Origin: Perna viridis
Taxonomy: Eukaryota
Direction of reading: 5' to 3'
DNA length: 64,000 nucleotides
Assembly: GCA_037379345.1 (NCBI GenBank)
Contig: CM074511.1
Span: 59,712,862-59,776,861 of the forward strand
The first letter of the stretch is position 1, and the number at the start of each line of letters is the position of its first letter. Positions 1 to 13,300 of the stretch are shown one piece after another. The notes below the pieces were generated by a model. That model had not been told where the DNA came from and did not search any database. It saw only the letters and a program-made list of their open reading frames with translations. Made by a program: the position numbers and the translations under genes.

Positions 1-3000
1 ACTTTTAATATACAATCAAATTTCTTGAAAAACATAACCCGTGATTTCGTTGTGATAAGAAAACTTTTACTACATTTTTTTTTCAGTCAATGCAGCTTCG
101 AATAATCGCAATAAACGTAGACTGTTAGTACCAGACACAAAGGAAGACGTTTTGATTTTAAAGAAATACAAAAAATAATCTTTCTCCTATAAGGAAGTTG
201 TACAGGATTATATTTTGTATACAAAATCAAAGGTCAGACATAGTCTCTACTTTCAAAAACTAAAGCGAAAATGAACTTGGATACAACAACTATTACATAT
301 CAGAACAGTAAAATGATATGAATGGCTTTGTTCTTACGGAATAATTACGATAATTAAAAGCTTTATTTTCAGACGAACCGGATAACCATATTCAGTGCAA
401 CTTACTTAAAAATAATTTAGCCGTCATTGTTAAGACTGGCTCGCAGTTTAGTGGACGGAAAGAAGAAGTTCTGAAACAATAAAATTGTCAAAGACTGGTG
501 TGATAACAGACTCGCACATTACATCGATAACCAAAAATAGAAAGGACATATAGTGAATGCACCAGATCGCGAGAGGTTTAGTTTTCATATAATGTCGAAA
601 ACTTGAAGAAAAATGACCATATTTGGGCTAAACTGAATTACTAAACATATCTTTACAAGAGACACGTGTGAACGATTAATAAGTGAAACAAGTCCTTGAA
701 CTTGACGTTTATAAGTTACCAAATCGAAGTGTCCTGGCCAAGCTTATTCATTGTTTAAGACAGACGGATTGAATTTCTGGACTGATATCATAGAATGATC
801 ATCGTTGAAACCTTAGCTATTTTGCAATTACTATACCCACTCTTTCTACTCAAGTCTACGCCGTATTAAATTTTCATTTGCCCCACTTTGCTAAAGTATT
901 TATTGTATGTTTGAAGTGTCAAATATCTCTCGGTATGTGGAAGCTCATACCCTAATGAATTCTAAGTGTGTATTATCTGTCAATTTTCAGTAAAATCGAC
1001 ACATTTTCTTATGATTTATACCATGGCAGTGAACCTTGTACGTACGTAAAGAAAACTATCCTAACCAATAACCGGCCATTTTCTAAAACAATTGTCTCAT
1101 GTTCTTATTAACCCTAAAGGGTATATTTATAAGATTGTATCACAAACAACGCCTTTGTAAAGAATCAATAAATTGTTTTACAATGACAGGGCTAGAGATA
1201 GGCACGACTCCTAGAGTCTTAAACAACGTACTGTGTCGTATCAGAAGTCAATTGATCTTCATGTTTATTATTTTACCCTACGTTTACCCAAAAACGTAAA
1301 CAGCCTACCTACTTGTACAATAAATTTGTTCATCAAAAGTTAACGATGTGCATATTTGTTACACTAAACTTGAAGTACGAACAATACATTGCCTTATACA
1401 CTTGAGTTGTAATATTGTCAGTGACCTTGTTACACATGATACTGAGATGAATTTGATAACTTAAACAAAGCTAACAAGTTATATACATGTATATTTTTTA
1501 AAAAATGCTTAAAAAGAAGCGAAGTCATTTTGCACACATGAAAGCATGCTCGCTCAAATATTTAAAGCAAATTCATATGATTATGTGTAAAATAAGTCTT
1601 TTTTTTTTGGGGGGGGGCATTTGATTTATAATGCCAAGAACAACAAACGCTTTAAAGGTCATGCATAAAATAAAAAATACAATGAAAAGCTTCTTTATTT
1701 CGGTTGTAAATTTTAATCAAACAGCAATATATTTGGAAGAAACGAGTCTCTGTATAAAATTTAAAATTTAATGATTTCCTTTTCTATTGCATTAAAGTAA
1801 GTATCGTATGCACAAATGTATTATTGTAATGACAATATATTTTATTTAATTTCCCGAGGATTTCCGTATTATACAGGCTATTCTACTACGTATATTTCAC
1901 AAAGTTTTAATAATTGATCTATTCGTGACTGAGAAGGGCGGCGATGCCTCTAATCTTTTAGTAATACGTATAATTCGTGGAGAAAGAGACTACTTTACGG
2001 TCACATTTCTACACTTAAATTTCTTTTTTATAGTAAAATATGTGCTGATAGAAAAAGGAATGAATATGGTGATACGCAACAAATGTCAATTTAATGTGGC
2101 CGTCGGAGGGATACTACATGAAAAGGTTAAGTTCATCCCTTTTTCCAATAATTTTTAAGCAAAGTTGTCGTCTCTGTATGACCGAAACCTAACTGAACCA
2201 CATTTATTCGGAAATGCTTAGCATCATAAGTATTTTTTTCAACTTTGGAATTTGGGGATTTGTGTCCACATCTTGTAATTTTTAAAGTTCCTATAGAGAA
2301 ACCTGGATTTTTGTACATTAGTCGGTAAGATATTGTGGAAACTATAGTATTTCTATCCCCAATATATTACAATATAAACACAAGGACGTCTCTGATATTC
2401 TCAAATTACAACGGAACACTAAAATGGGCCGATTTGCCAAATGTACATCTTCCTTAGCTTTTGAGCACGAAAACATAGACCCCTGATATTGTTAATTGTC
2501 GTAAAATTAAAGGCATCTTCAGACGAATTGTGTTAATAGGTTCGACTTCTGATCGACTGCAAAGATAACATTATTTCTGTGTACTTTCTCTAAAAGCAAC
2601 ACTAGATATAGAAACAAACAAATCTTATGAATGAACAAATTGCACTTTTAAGAAAAAAATATCGTTAAATGAAAGAAGCCCTGTCCAGGGTACACTATGA
2701 AAGAGGGCTTTGAAAAAAATACATTTTGAGAATAATTAGTCAGATTGAGTGATATCGATACTTTCGATTTGATAATCTCTAAACACGAGAATTCGATTGT
2801 GTGGTTTAAAACTTAATACCCCATAAGTCCATTTACCATTTTCTTTAGCCAAAAAAGGAAAGTGCTGAGTAAGCTTTCGTTAACAAGTCAGTTGTACTTT
2901 TAAAGGCTTTAGAAACTGGTCAGCCCTAGAGGCAAATCCCTCATCTTTTTATTATAAAAGGTGTTATAATCGCATAGCCTAGTATCATTTCTTAACATTG

Positions 3001-3485
3001 ATATGATATATTGTGCCGACCAGATTGGAATAAAAGATTGGCAACCAGCTAATGAAAAAACACATCGATTTTACATAGAAATCATACACAACCCTCCAGT
3101 TTGCCCCGGGACCATAAAATATAACAATAGTCAAGTATTAAGAATATAGAACAATAGTCAAGTATTAGAAAATTCATAACAAACCTCCAAAATTTTCTAA
3201 GAGGTGTATATTATTCGAACAAAGAGTATACCAAGTTTCCTTCATTCATCGGCATATATTTTCTATTACCTTTTAAAAGAGTTCTTTTATCGTTAACGAA
3301 ATGGTATCATACATCAAAGAATCATGAAATAATTTGAATCTTGTGGGTTTAATCCAATGTATTAGACTTTTTATGACATTCAGTTCCATAAAATCAGTGT
3401 AAATAAACTTAAATGTAACAAATGAAAACTATTCCATCTGTTAAATTGATAATTTGTTTTTAAACCAATGTTTATCTTTTCATCG

Positions 3486-4000
3486 ACACGTGCATGTCCG
3501 GGTGTCAAAAGAATAGGTCTGCAGCAGCGCTAAGCTTGTCGTAAAAGGCGACTAAATAGAGCTCAGAACCCTAGCCGGGGACTAGGGCTCTTTGCCCACA
3601 GAGCAACTGGGTGGGTGCCCCAGGTGGTGGAATGGGGTACCCCTGGTGTGTTACATGCTGGGGTTGTCAGGCTATAATACGGAAAACCTGACCGCAAACC
3701 CTAGTGGTGCACCGTGTTGGGAAAGATGCCACGTTCCTCGCACGTTAAAAACACCTACTGTGGTATTCTCCCAGAGTAGGAACCATAGGGCTCCACCACA
3801 GGAGGCTAAATTGCCCGACCCTACCCACCTCTCCCTTTTTCCAGTGGCAATCAAAATTTCTCGATCCCATTGTCCTTGTGTCCCGTCCCATTTTTCATTT
3901 CATCATCATTTCATGTTCATTTTATCATCCACTTCATGTCATCGCCTGAATATAGCTGCAATATTGCTGCTCGGGCGTTAAACACCAACAAACAACAAAA
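3486..4000 (+). mobile_element. Full-length structured SINE-like / non-autonomous retroelement with non-tRNA head, Deu/Nin-like central motif and simple-repeat tail
   Basis: GC-rich island in AT-rich DNA. The first ~175 bp recur at 32189-32360. Contains gcacgttaaaaacacc (resembles the Deu/Nin SINE core GCACGTTAAAGAACC, from memory). Ends ...gaatatagctgcaatattgctgctcgggcgttaaacaccaacaaacaacaaaa, a LINE-derived-type tail with (aac/aaac) repeats. Many stems: ccctag/ctaggg, gggtgcccca/tggggtaccc, gtcagg/cctgac, cctact/agtagg. Confidence 0.8.
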
Positions 4001-7000
4001 CATATCTCATCTATTTTCCCGTAACTGTTACGTATACGATACCCATGAAGTGAAAATGTGTACAAAAACATTGAAATGTCATCAACCTCGAGAATATAAC
4101 CCGATGTCATGACTTTGATTACGATAAACTATAATTTACCGGAGTGTAAACAATGAAAAATGCTTGTCCTTATAAAAGGGAACTGTTTCTTTAAAACGAC
4201 GCCGTTACAAGCTTCAAACGCGATAAGATTTGTAAATATATAAATCAGTTTTCTCATAATTAAAAAAGATATTGTTTTATGTTAAAATCTCCAAACTCTG
4301 TATAGAAATGCCTAAAATAAATAAACTTAAATCGAAAACAAACGAAGTATTAAAGTTATAGTACATGCATACCTGCATGGTGTAGCCGTAGATTGGGTAT
4401 GAACTGGTATGATCAGAATACAAAAATATTTTAACCACATGATTATGTATATTCGTGCACTGTATAAAAATAAAAGAAACTAAAATTCCAACCCGAGATC
4501 GTTTTTTACCGGTCCTGTCGCGAAACATAATTCTTCCAACTACATTTTTCGTCATTTCAATGACGTCATCATTGCAATATGAGTAGACATTTTCTACCAT
4601 ACTTACATTTGTAGTTTTACAACGCGTGTACCATTTATCTAGTGGATATAGAAATAGTTTAGTTGTTTTTTTCTCTTAAGCCAAAAATGCAAATGTTTCG
4701 AATTCTTGACCTAATTCAGACATGGCCGACCTCGATGTGAGGCAACCACCAACGAGTTGAAAGAAAAAAATCCAGCTTTTGTCGTGGTATATTAATTTTT
4801 ATTCTGCATTCCTCAAATTATTTTCCATAATCTTTGTCCATGTCCACTAGGTTTTCTATTGTTCAGAACCTCTACAGAATACCTTGTTGTTAGGTATAAA
4901 ATTCTATGGTAAGTTACATGCAGAGATTGCTATTGTCTTGCGACTCCCTGCTGTGGATTATCAAAAATTGAAGAGACTCAAGTGAAAATCACAAAATAGC
5001 TGTATCATCTTGTATTAATAAAAAGTGTAGAAAATAACGAAGTTTTATAACCGTGTCAGATTAGTGACTACAATACCATTAGATAGACAGAACTCCTACT
5101 TATACTTGCTCTGGGCACACGCATATTGCCAAGATTTAATCTCAAAGACCAACGTATTTGGTAGTCGAACAAGTTGACGGAGATATGCACTGATACATTA
5201 TTAAATCGGAAAATCATTTTATGATTTGCATGTTTTTTTTTCTTCAAAGGGAACGTTAGTGGGATATTTATGCAATACAAAATAATATCCCTCTAGTCAA
5301 TTTTTGTAGGGTATGCTAACGATGTCGCGAGCTGGTCATAAACATACCGATTTTCTTTGAACTTTTACAAAATCATTATCAAATCAATTCATAATCCTAA
5401 AATTTTGTAAAAATGACCTTGGCAAATTTCCCTTTTAGTAAATGTCTATTCTGTTAACTTTCAAACAAGAATATTCACTTCGAACGACTCATTTTGCTTA
5501 TCATTGTGTCGTAAGAACTAGTGCAACACCTACCGAGTAGTGTACAAATTAAGCTGAAAATATTAAAGATAATTGACATAATAATGGGAAGGAAAATATT
5601 GATTATTACTTTGTAAGTGAACTAAGTTGAATTACAGTATTGCTAAGCTTCCAATCCCACTCAGCACTAAACCCCGTCCCTATATGTAGATAAATTCGCA
5701 GTCTTAATGGTTGTTCTCACGTCTGTGAATGTTTTCCTATTCGTAATAGCAAATGTAATTTATGGAGTGAATCGATGCTGATTTCCACGCCTTAAACATT
5801 CCAAGCAATAGTGTCAAATACAAATCTTTCGACAGAACAAAGTTTTTTATCCTTCAAATTGTCTATTATTGTTTTGTATAAGGGCATTTGTTTATCTGTG
5901 GAGCGACTTCCATGTGGCGAGATCAACTTAGAAGTTGGTCTCCGAATTAGTTGCCAACATGGTGGAGTGTGCAATAAAACAGCATTCAAATTACATGTAT
6001 GTGTTAAAGCGTACCTTACTCGTTTATGACATGTATTTAAAGCGTATTAATATATTCTTCCAGACTATTAAGATTTAGATTCATACATACGGATGTAGTC
6101 TCGTTTTTTATTCATAAACAACATTTTAACATGTCTTCACACAAATTTCAAATCAAATGAAAGAAAGCACACACAGGAAATATTTAAAATTGTTAGACAA
6201 GAAACTGTGGGTTTTGATAGTGACCATGTGGATGAGGATGCAGGATATTCACAATATAAAACGATGTTGTCCACGGTATGTTTCACTTTACCCCTGGGTC
6301 TTTTTTTATTCTTTTGGCAATGTTTGTCTATAATTCGCGTCCATATGGCATTTTTTAATTTTGTATAGAAAGCTAACAAGCACGAGGCATTTATAAAAAA
6401 AAACGATTCGAAGTCGTTATCATACATGTATAAGTTTGGGGTGACTTAGTATCTCCTGTGGTATATATTTACATACATATATGTTAATCTATAGGCGTTC
6501 AATTTATGTTTCACGAGGAAAACCTTGAGCAGTTAATGTTTTATGATGATCTATGTTATATTGCATAATAACAGCATTTTGATCATCAATATAAAATTCA
6601 TAGCTCTATTAGAATGTTTGTATTCGGTCTTAATAAGTGACGTACGCGGTTTCCTTACGCAATGTATAGAACATTATCACAGAGTTTTATCGGCTGGGTC
6701 ATCAACTCTTCTGATAGTCTAAGAACAGCTCTCTCTCTAAAGGACATGCATCACTGAAATATGCTTATCAAGAACGAAAAGTTTGTAATACTCTATTATT
6801 ATATTCATTTTTATCATGGTAAATGTGTAATAAATAAAATTATCTGCTCAATATATAAGTTACATATTAAACCAAATTAAGAACCACGTGGGGTATTTTG
6901 TTTCCCACGATTCCTAGAAATGGTTATATTTTGTGTTTTAATGGTATATTTCAGCCTTTTCATAAGATTCCGTAGACTTCGATACAATTATCTCCTTAAA

Positions 7001-9033
7001 AGTACAGCTCTAACTTATATTGTTACTTATAGCCTTGATCGTCGCTGCTGTTGTCTTTTCAGTTAGGAGAGTTGGGATTCTTCCCGATCTACAAAGACGT
7101 TTTATTTTAAACTGTTCGTCGTCAAAACGTCTATTATTGAGTGCGCAGTTAAATTGTGAATACTATAAAATTTTGTCCATTCGTCTGGTAAATAATACTA
7201 GACAACCAAGTAAAAAAACATCTGAAACATATCATATATAACGATAAAGAGGTAAAAAAAAACGAACAAAAGTTGAAGAACAAATTGAGTCAACTGCTTT
7301 AATCGTATAATACTATTGAAATCATACAGACTTAAATGTCTTTATATTCCATTGATTCACTGCTTACTTAAGAATAATAGAATATCCCTCTTCTCCAACT
7401 ATTATGTGTGTACTCTAAACTGAATTAACACGGAAACGCATCCATTATACAACAGTCCATCATTATAGTATTCCAGTCGTCCAGTTTGAACATGGAGCAT
7501 CCAGTGATAGTATATAAACAAGTCATGCGGTAGGTTTAGGAATGCCATTTTGTCTATTAATACGCTACACTCGTAGTAAGAGTAATTGACTGTCTATGAA
7601 ATGAACTAGATTACATTTAATTCCGTGTTAAAAATTCGCGTGACTGTCTTGTTCGATATAAAACCCAAAACATGGAAGAAATATCACTAAAACGTTTTAA
7701 ATATCTGTCCAATTACAGATTTTTGTAACAAGAACGACAAAACAGACCACCACGAAGAGATAATGGTAGGTAGATAATTGTATGACTTGTGTTTCAGATT
7801 CTATCATTTTTACAATAAAAAGTGCATCTTAGACTCGGGTTTAAAATGATCATGTGTAATAATTGAATGAACAGGTATTTGCCATACATGCGAAACTGAT
7901 ATCTTCTTGATATGACTGAAAACCTATATCAAAATACACTCAAACTGATAAATGTTTTTGTATTGTAGATCTGTCCGTTATGACCGAATACTAATTGAAA
8001 AAAAAGATAGAAAATATTTTCTGTTGTGTTTCGAGACATCACACATTCAGCTAACAAACAATGAAATTTTAGGTTAATACAGCGAATACTATGTGAGTTC
8101 TATCAGATATTCACAATTAAATCGACACTTAAAAAATGTTAACCGTTCGTTTATTATAATATTTGACCACTTATATTGTAGAATACCACGATACTACCAT
8201 GTTAACATGTGTTATATCCCAAGGTACAACTTCATCTGTCTGTTATCAATATGGCTGATAAGTGGTTGTCTTGTATCTTTTATGTCAAACTGTTCATTTA
8301 AGGTTAATATGTCTTTCTCAGATATCTCGGTATACGGAAAATGAATTGGGATTTCCTCGTATTTTGATTTGAAGCTTGTTGTAAATTGACATTCTAACTG
8401 TGTCCCAATTTTGCTGTGTCAAAATTAAGGTGTTAATTATGTCGGGGTCATTGTCTTATGAAATTTCGTACCTTTTATAATAAAGTCCCAATCACATCAT
8501 TCCCATCTACATATACGATATCAACGGATTACAGAGAAGTAGTTTCAGTTTACCTTTAAAACAAATCAATTAACTCCAGGCATTCATGTAGCAGCAATAT
8601 ATTCATCGTAGATTCTAACGGGAACAATCTTTGCATCAACATGTTATAGATATATATGCATGAATGCAAGGTCGTAGAATTTTAATATTGTTTTGTTTGT
8701 TACATTGTTCTAAGAAGCGTGTGAGAAAAAAATAAATGAGTCATGCATGCATTGAATTAGCACCATCGGGCCATCCAATTCATTGAACCATAAATACTTT
8801 TATACTTGGCCCATCAAAAGAACATTGATATGATATAATAGTCCTATGAAGTCCAGATCTACAATAGTATTTTTGATACCCAATAACATTGCACAGAACT
8901 TGTTACAAAGAAATGCTTTTTAACTCTTTGTTTTCGATATAGCCTTACACTTATAATATGTGTTTCTCTTCTCATTGTCATAGTTTGTCTTCGTTTCCAC
9001 TCATTACATGAGAAACTCAGCCAATGTACGATT

Positions 9034-9229
9034 TCAGGGCTAATAGTGTTCAGTGGATTCAGAGTTACACTCAATCAGGGCTGAAAGTGTTAGCTGGAAT
9101 CAGAGTTACACTCAATCAGGGCTGAAAGTGTTAGCTGGAATCAGAGTTACACTCAATCAGGACTGAAAGTGTTTGTTGGAATCAAAGTTACTTTCGATCA
9201 GGGCTGAAAGTGTTTGCTTGAACCAGAGT
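9034..9229. repeat. 41-bp tandem minisatellite, ~4.7 copies
   Basis: Unit cagagttacactcaatcagggctgaaagtgttagctggaat. Central copies are near-identical and the outer copies diverged. Confidence 0.95.
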
Positions 9230-10278
9230 GGCTGTTTCTGTGTTTTATTTCTATTGTTGTGGGCATTCGGCAAAGTGTTCTCGACTCAGCCTTTTAAGGT
9301 TTTGTTGCTTTGATACAGATAAATTTGTGGTCTAATTTTGAATCCGGGATGATTATAAATTTGATATATTCCAATTGTTTCGTGTAATGTACTTGAAAAA
9401 TAAAACAAAGAATACTCTGGGAATTTCACATTTAACTGAAATGGGTGGTTTCGTATTAAACCATGCACCTGGAAAAAATTTGCCATTTACAACGGAGCGA
9501 GTTTTACAAACCACTTTGGTATCTTAAAGCATGGGAATAATAGATATTGGCTGACCTGAGAGATTCCGAGGGATTTTAATATTGTACCTCCCAGTTAGAA
9601 TGCCATAATCACAGATAAAGAGACTATAGCTCTAAGTATATCACTTCAATTTACCTACTGTTGATAGTACAAACGTGCACAATTTCTGTAATTTTATGTC
9701 ATAATATTGTGTGATGACTGGAATGTTTTGATGGGACACCGAATTAATTTACATTTTATCTATTTAAGGTATCCCAAGTGCAAAGTTTTTGACTATTCCA
9801 GAAGCTTTTAAAATGGGACGTTGAAATACGGTTTTATTTGAAAACACTTTTATTGTGATGTTGGAAACAGGTACTTTACACCATCTCTAGTCATATACAT
9901 AATTTGACCTGGAGTGATAGATCTAGAAATTCTGTAAAAAGTTTTAGTATACTGCAGGTAGATAGTATATACTTTTGTTTTCGTTCTATCTGGAACCTTT
10001 TAACATTCTGATCTCCGATGAACATATTGCACCGTTACCGACACTTCCACCAACTTCTACACATTAGAATTAATCCTTAATTGGAGCTTTGCGGCAATAG
10101 CTTGCTACACTGCAGTTAAAAGGTTGTAGGCATCTTTTCTGCATACAATCTTACCACAAAGACAAGGAAACTTTATTATAAAAAATGTGTATATTTGAAT
10201 AGGACTTTTTTCAAACATTTTTAAGACATTTCAAAGGCCTTAATTTTGATAATATCTAATCTTCCAGAACATTGCTGT

Positions 10279-10358
10279 TGTGTGTGTGTGTGTGCTTTTT
10301 ATTTTGTTTTTTTTGTTTTGTTTTTGTTTTTGTTTTTGTTTTTGTTTTTTGTTTTTTG
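10279..10358. repeat. Compound microsatellite (TG)n plus (GTTTTT)n
   Basis: Directly visible (tg)8 followed by gtttt/gttttt runs. Confidence 0.9.
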
Positions 10359-13300
10359 TAGTTTCTAACAACCAAGTTGATCTGATAGAAAGTCCATCCC
10401 CGATTCCGTTTATGGAAGTATGAAAACGGTCAATTTATGAAATTAATTTACAAATTACTTTTCCCATTCATCTTTATTACTTAAAGATGTCGCCTTTCTG
10501 GCTAGACGTTCAGACTAACACATTTTATTTCAAAAGAACGCCGAAAAAATCAAGCCGCTTTCTCTCTCATGAATTTGTCTTTCATTTAAAAAAATACTGA
10601 GAATTTCTAGGTGTGATTTTCATTGCGTAAAGTTACATTATCAGGAATAAAACTATTAATCGCCGTAATTCGTTCACTATTTGGTCTGAAATGCGGAACA
10701 AAAATTACTATTTTCTTTGGCAAGGTCATATAATTAAACCTCACGTCGGTAAGGTTACACGTAGTGCCCTAATGAGGAATTTTTATAGTCGATTATGTGC
10801 ACGGTATCCGTAGCAATTCGTACACATTTGTAAATCTCTGAAATGACAGAATGACAGTTTTTGCTTTAAGTGTGGACAGAGATTAACTAGTCTTTACTTT
10901 GTGATAATTTTCAAACTTTTCTTACATACAAAACTACTTACGCGTTCACCTCTACCAAAGCTAAAATGTAAAAGTACATTGAACTTATCTAAAATTTAGA
11001 TTTGGTAAAAACATGAAGAATATGGATTTTACCATCTGATACAGCCTAGGTAATACGTAATGTTGTATCATCAATGTACATGTATAATGTAACACTACTT
11101 TGATGAATAAACAAGTACTATCTTTAAAAAAAGATAGCCGACGCAGTAAAATTTGTTCTTTTTACTTATAATTTTCATAAGGAAATAACGCATGGCACGC
11201 AATTTCAATTTCCTTTTTCGAACCCCACTAAGTCATAAGTATTTGGCCAATCTGGAAACATAATTTTGATCAGGTGACTCGCGTTTCCATGGAAGAGCTT
11301 CTTTAAGGTCAAAGGGTAAAAAGCGAAACTATACCGACTGCGTCGGAAAAAGAATGCAAGAAATTCCCGTGTAATTGACGTGTGACGTATAGGCATACCC
11401 AATCTCATTATTTACTCATTGTTTGCAAATCAATTGTCTTGCTTTTTTTTGCGAGTATGTTGATTCAGATAAATTTATTACGCACAATTACGTGTGAAAA
11501 CACATTGATGTGTTCCAAAGTTTGGATCTGGTTCAGGAGACTTTGTTTATAAGTATTAATCTATTTAATGATCAATTCCATGACTGACGTTTAATCAAAC
11601 AAACAACTGTCAAATTAGAAAATATGTAGATAAAGAGGACCTAAGTGCGCAAAGCCATGTTGATTTTTAACTCTAGAGTAAATTTTTATGAATTCGTTTT
11701 CGAAACTCATGCTGAGAAAATAGAAATTAGTGTGAAATAAGTCTTAAATCTTTGCAGTGATGTACTTGGTTTAGACATATAATCAATTAATTCAATGATA
11801 AGTGAATTACATAGTGTATTTCGTTTTGCTCGATTATCAGTTTTCCTTATAAGATTTTCAGCCATGATCACACTTTGACAGAGATATAAATTAAATTCAG
11901 CTTATTAAGTTCTCATTGACCAACAGCTTTATATATATTATGGTTAATTAATTACATTGATTTGTATAACTTTGATAGATAACAGTGCTTCGTAAGCCTT
12001 TGAAGACTGGCCGATGGTTTTGTTTATTATTTAGATTTGTATGATGACTTGTTATCTTGGGTTGCACTTAAAAAATAAACTATATATATTTATTTAGTTG
12101 ACCTCCCTTTTAATAAAAAATAAAATATACACTGTCAGAAAAAAACATTCAAAGGACCCGATTTCTTATATCGAAGTGGTGCATACGCAGTTGTAACAGC
12201 CCAACATGGAGCGTTTGTGTGTGATCTCTTGTGTACGTATGACTTATTTCAAGCTCTGAAAAATGCGGTTAATTTATTTATTACCTAAGACCGTCATGGC
12301 CTTATTATAAACACACGATTCCATGCATTGGTGGAGACTTCAACCTCCGACTGCCGATGATTTCCTGTAGCTAACCTCAACACAAATTAGGATTTTAATT
12401 ACGTAGCCCTTTCATCTTTTCAGGAAAATAAACAAAATATGCGTAATACATGTACTTACGTACCTTGTGGTATACATTAAATAAGTTAAATTTCAATTAG
12501 AGATTGTTGACTAACCTTTTATTAGTGACAAACATTTGATAAAACAATGAAAGTATTTCTACTATCTCAGGCATCTCAGAATATAGAGATGTGTCACTGA
12601 ATTTAATTATCATAATTTGGAGAAAGATGTCCTCGTTGGTGTATTTTAAAAGAGATTCTATGTTCCCTTGTGCATATTGGGAAATTCCCAGTCATTCAAT
12701 AAATGAGAAAGGTTAAGTTGTACTGTAGTAAATCTGGTAATGAATGAACTTAGTTATTAAAGTAACTTTTAACTTGCATCGTGTTTACTTTTGCAGATGT
12801 TCTATTTTTCCTTCAATTTTGCAAGTGCATTTATAGATGAAGTAGACATAACTGGTGAACCCATGGGACAGTATCCTAGACACTGCACTCCCCAAACTGC
12901 CAAGACTTCCTTGTAATTATTGTTAACTTTTTCCTGAGTAATAATTTTACGTCACGACATTGACTTACATCTCTGAATCATAGAAAGTATTATACAGCTA
13001 ACTGTCTCTTACTACCAGGATAAAGAGTATTTAGGGAATGACCTTGTCTATATCAACTGGAGGGATAGTATACAGAAATACAGGTCGTGCATGCACATTA
13101 ATGTGATGGGGCTCAACAGATAAATGAACTTGAGTTTTTCCTGTAAGTGGCGAAAATTGATAAGGACATACAGAAGCAATAGTCGTTTGTCTAAACTAAT
13201 TGTATTTTAATTTTAGGTTGAACGTTTTAACTGTACATGCGAAATGATGCAAACTTTCATGTCTAGTTCCGTTATCTGTTTTTTAAATTATGTTTTTTCA

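Noticed and set aside
87-482. Two possible small exons after strong acceptors (tttcag at 86 and 372)
   Set aside because: Short peptides with no recognisable family and no clear donor or frame continuity; cannot be supported without RNA data.
3536-3600. Canonical pistol or HDV-like ribozyme call for the SINE head
   Set aside because: No strand complementary to the tRaaagg loop (pistol pseudoknot), and too few nucleotides between the would-be P2 strands for HDV P3/P1/P4. Kept only as an unclassified candidate.
3592-3981. 129-aa ORF
   Set aside because: Lies wholly within the GC-rich SINE-like repeat, has a non-ATG start and no protein motif.
5811-6029. EGF-like word CQHGGVC in a 72-aa ORF
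   Set aside because: Remaining EGF cysteine spacing is absent and there is no convincing splice acceptor; likely chance.
6100-6275. Possible exon ending at a gtatgt donor (..QETVGFDSDHVDEDAGYSQYKTMLST)
   Set aside because: In-frame stop between it and the nearest good acceptor, two competing open frames and no homology recognised.
9034-9229. CRISPR-like periodicity (also considered for 30331-31015 and 63506-63752)
   Set aside because: Units are contiguous tandem copies without unique spacers, there are no cas genes, and the context is eukaryotic.
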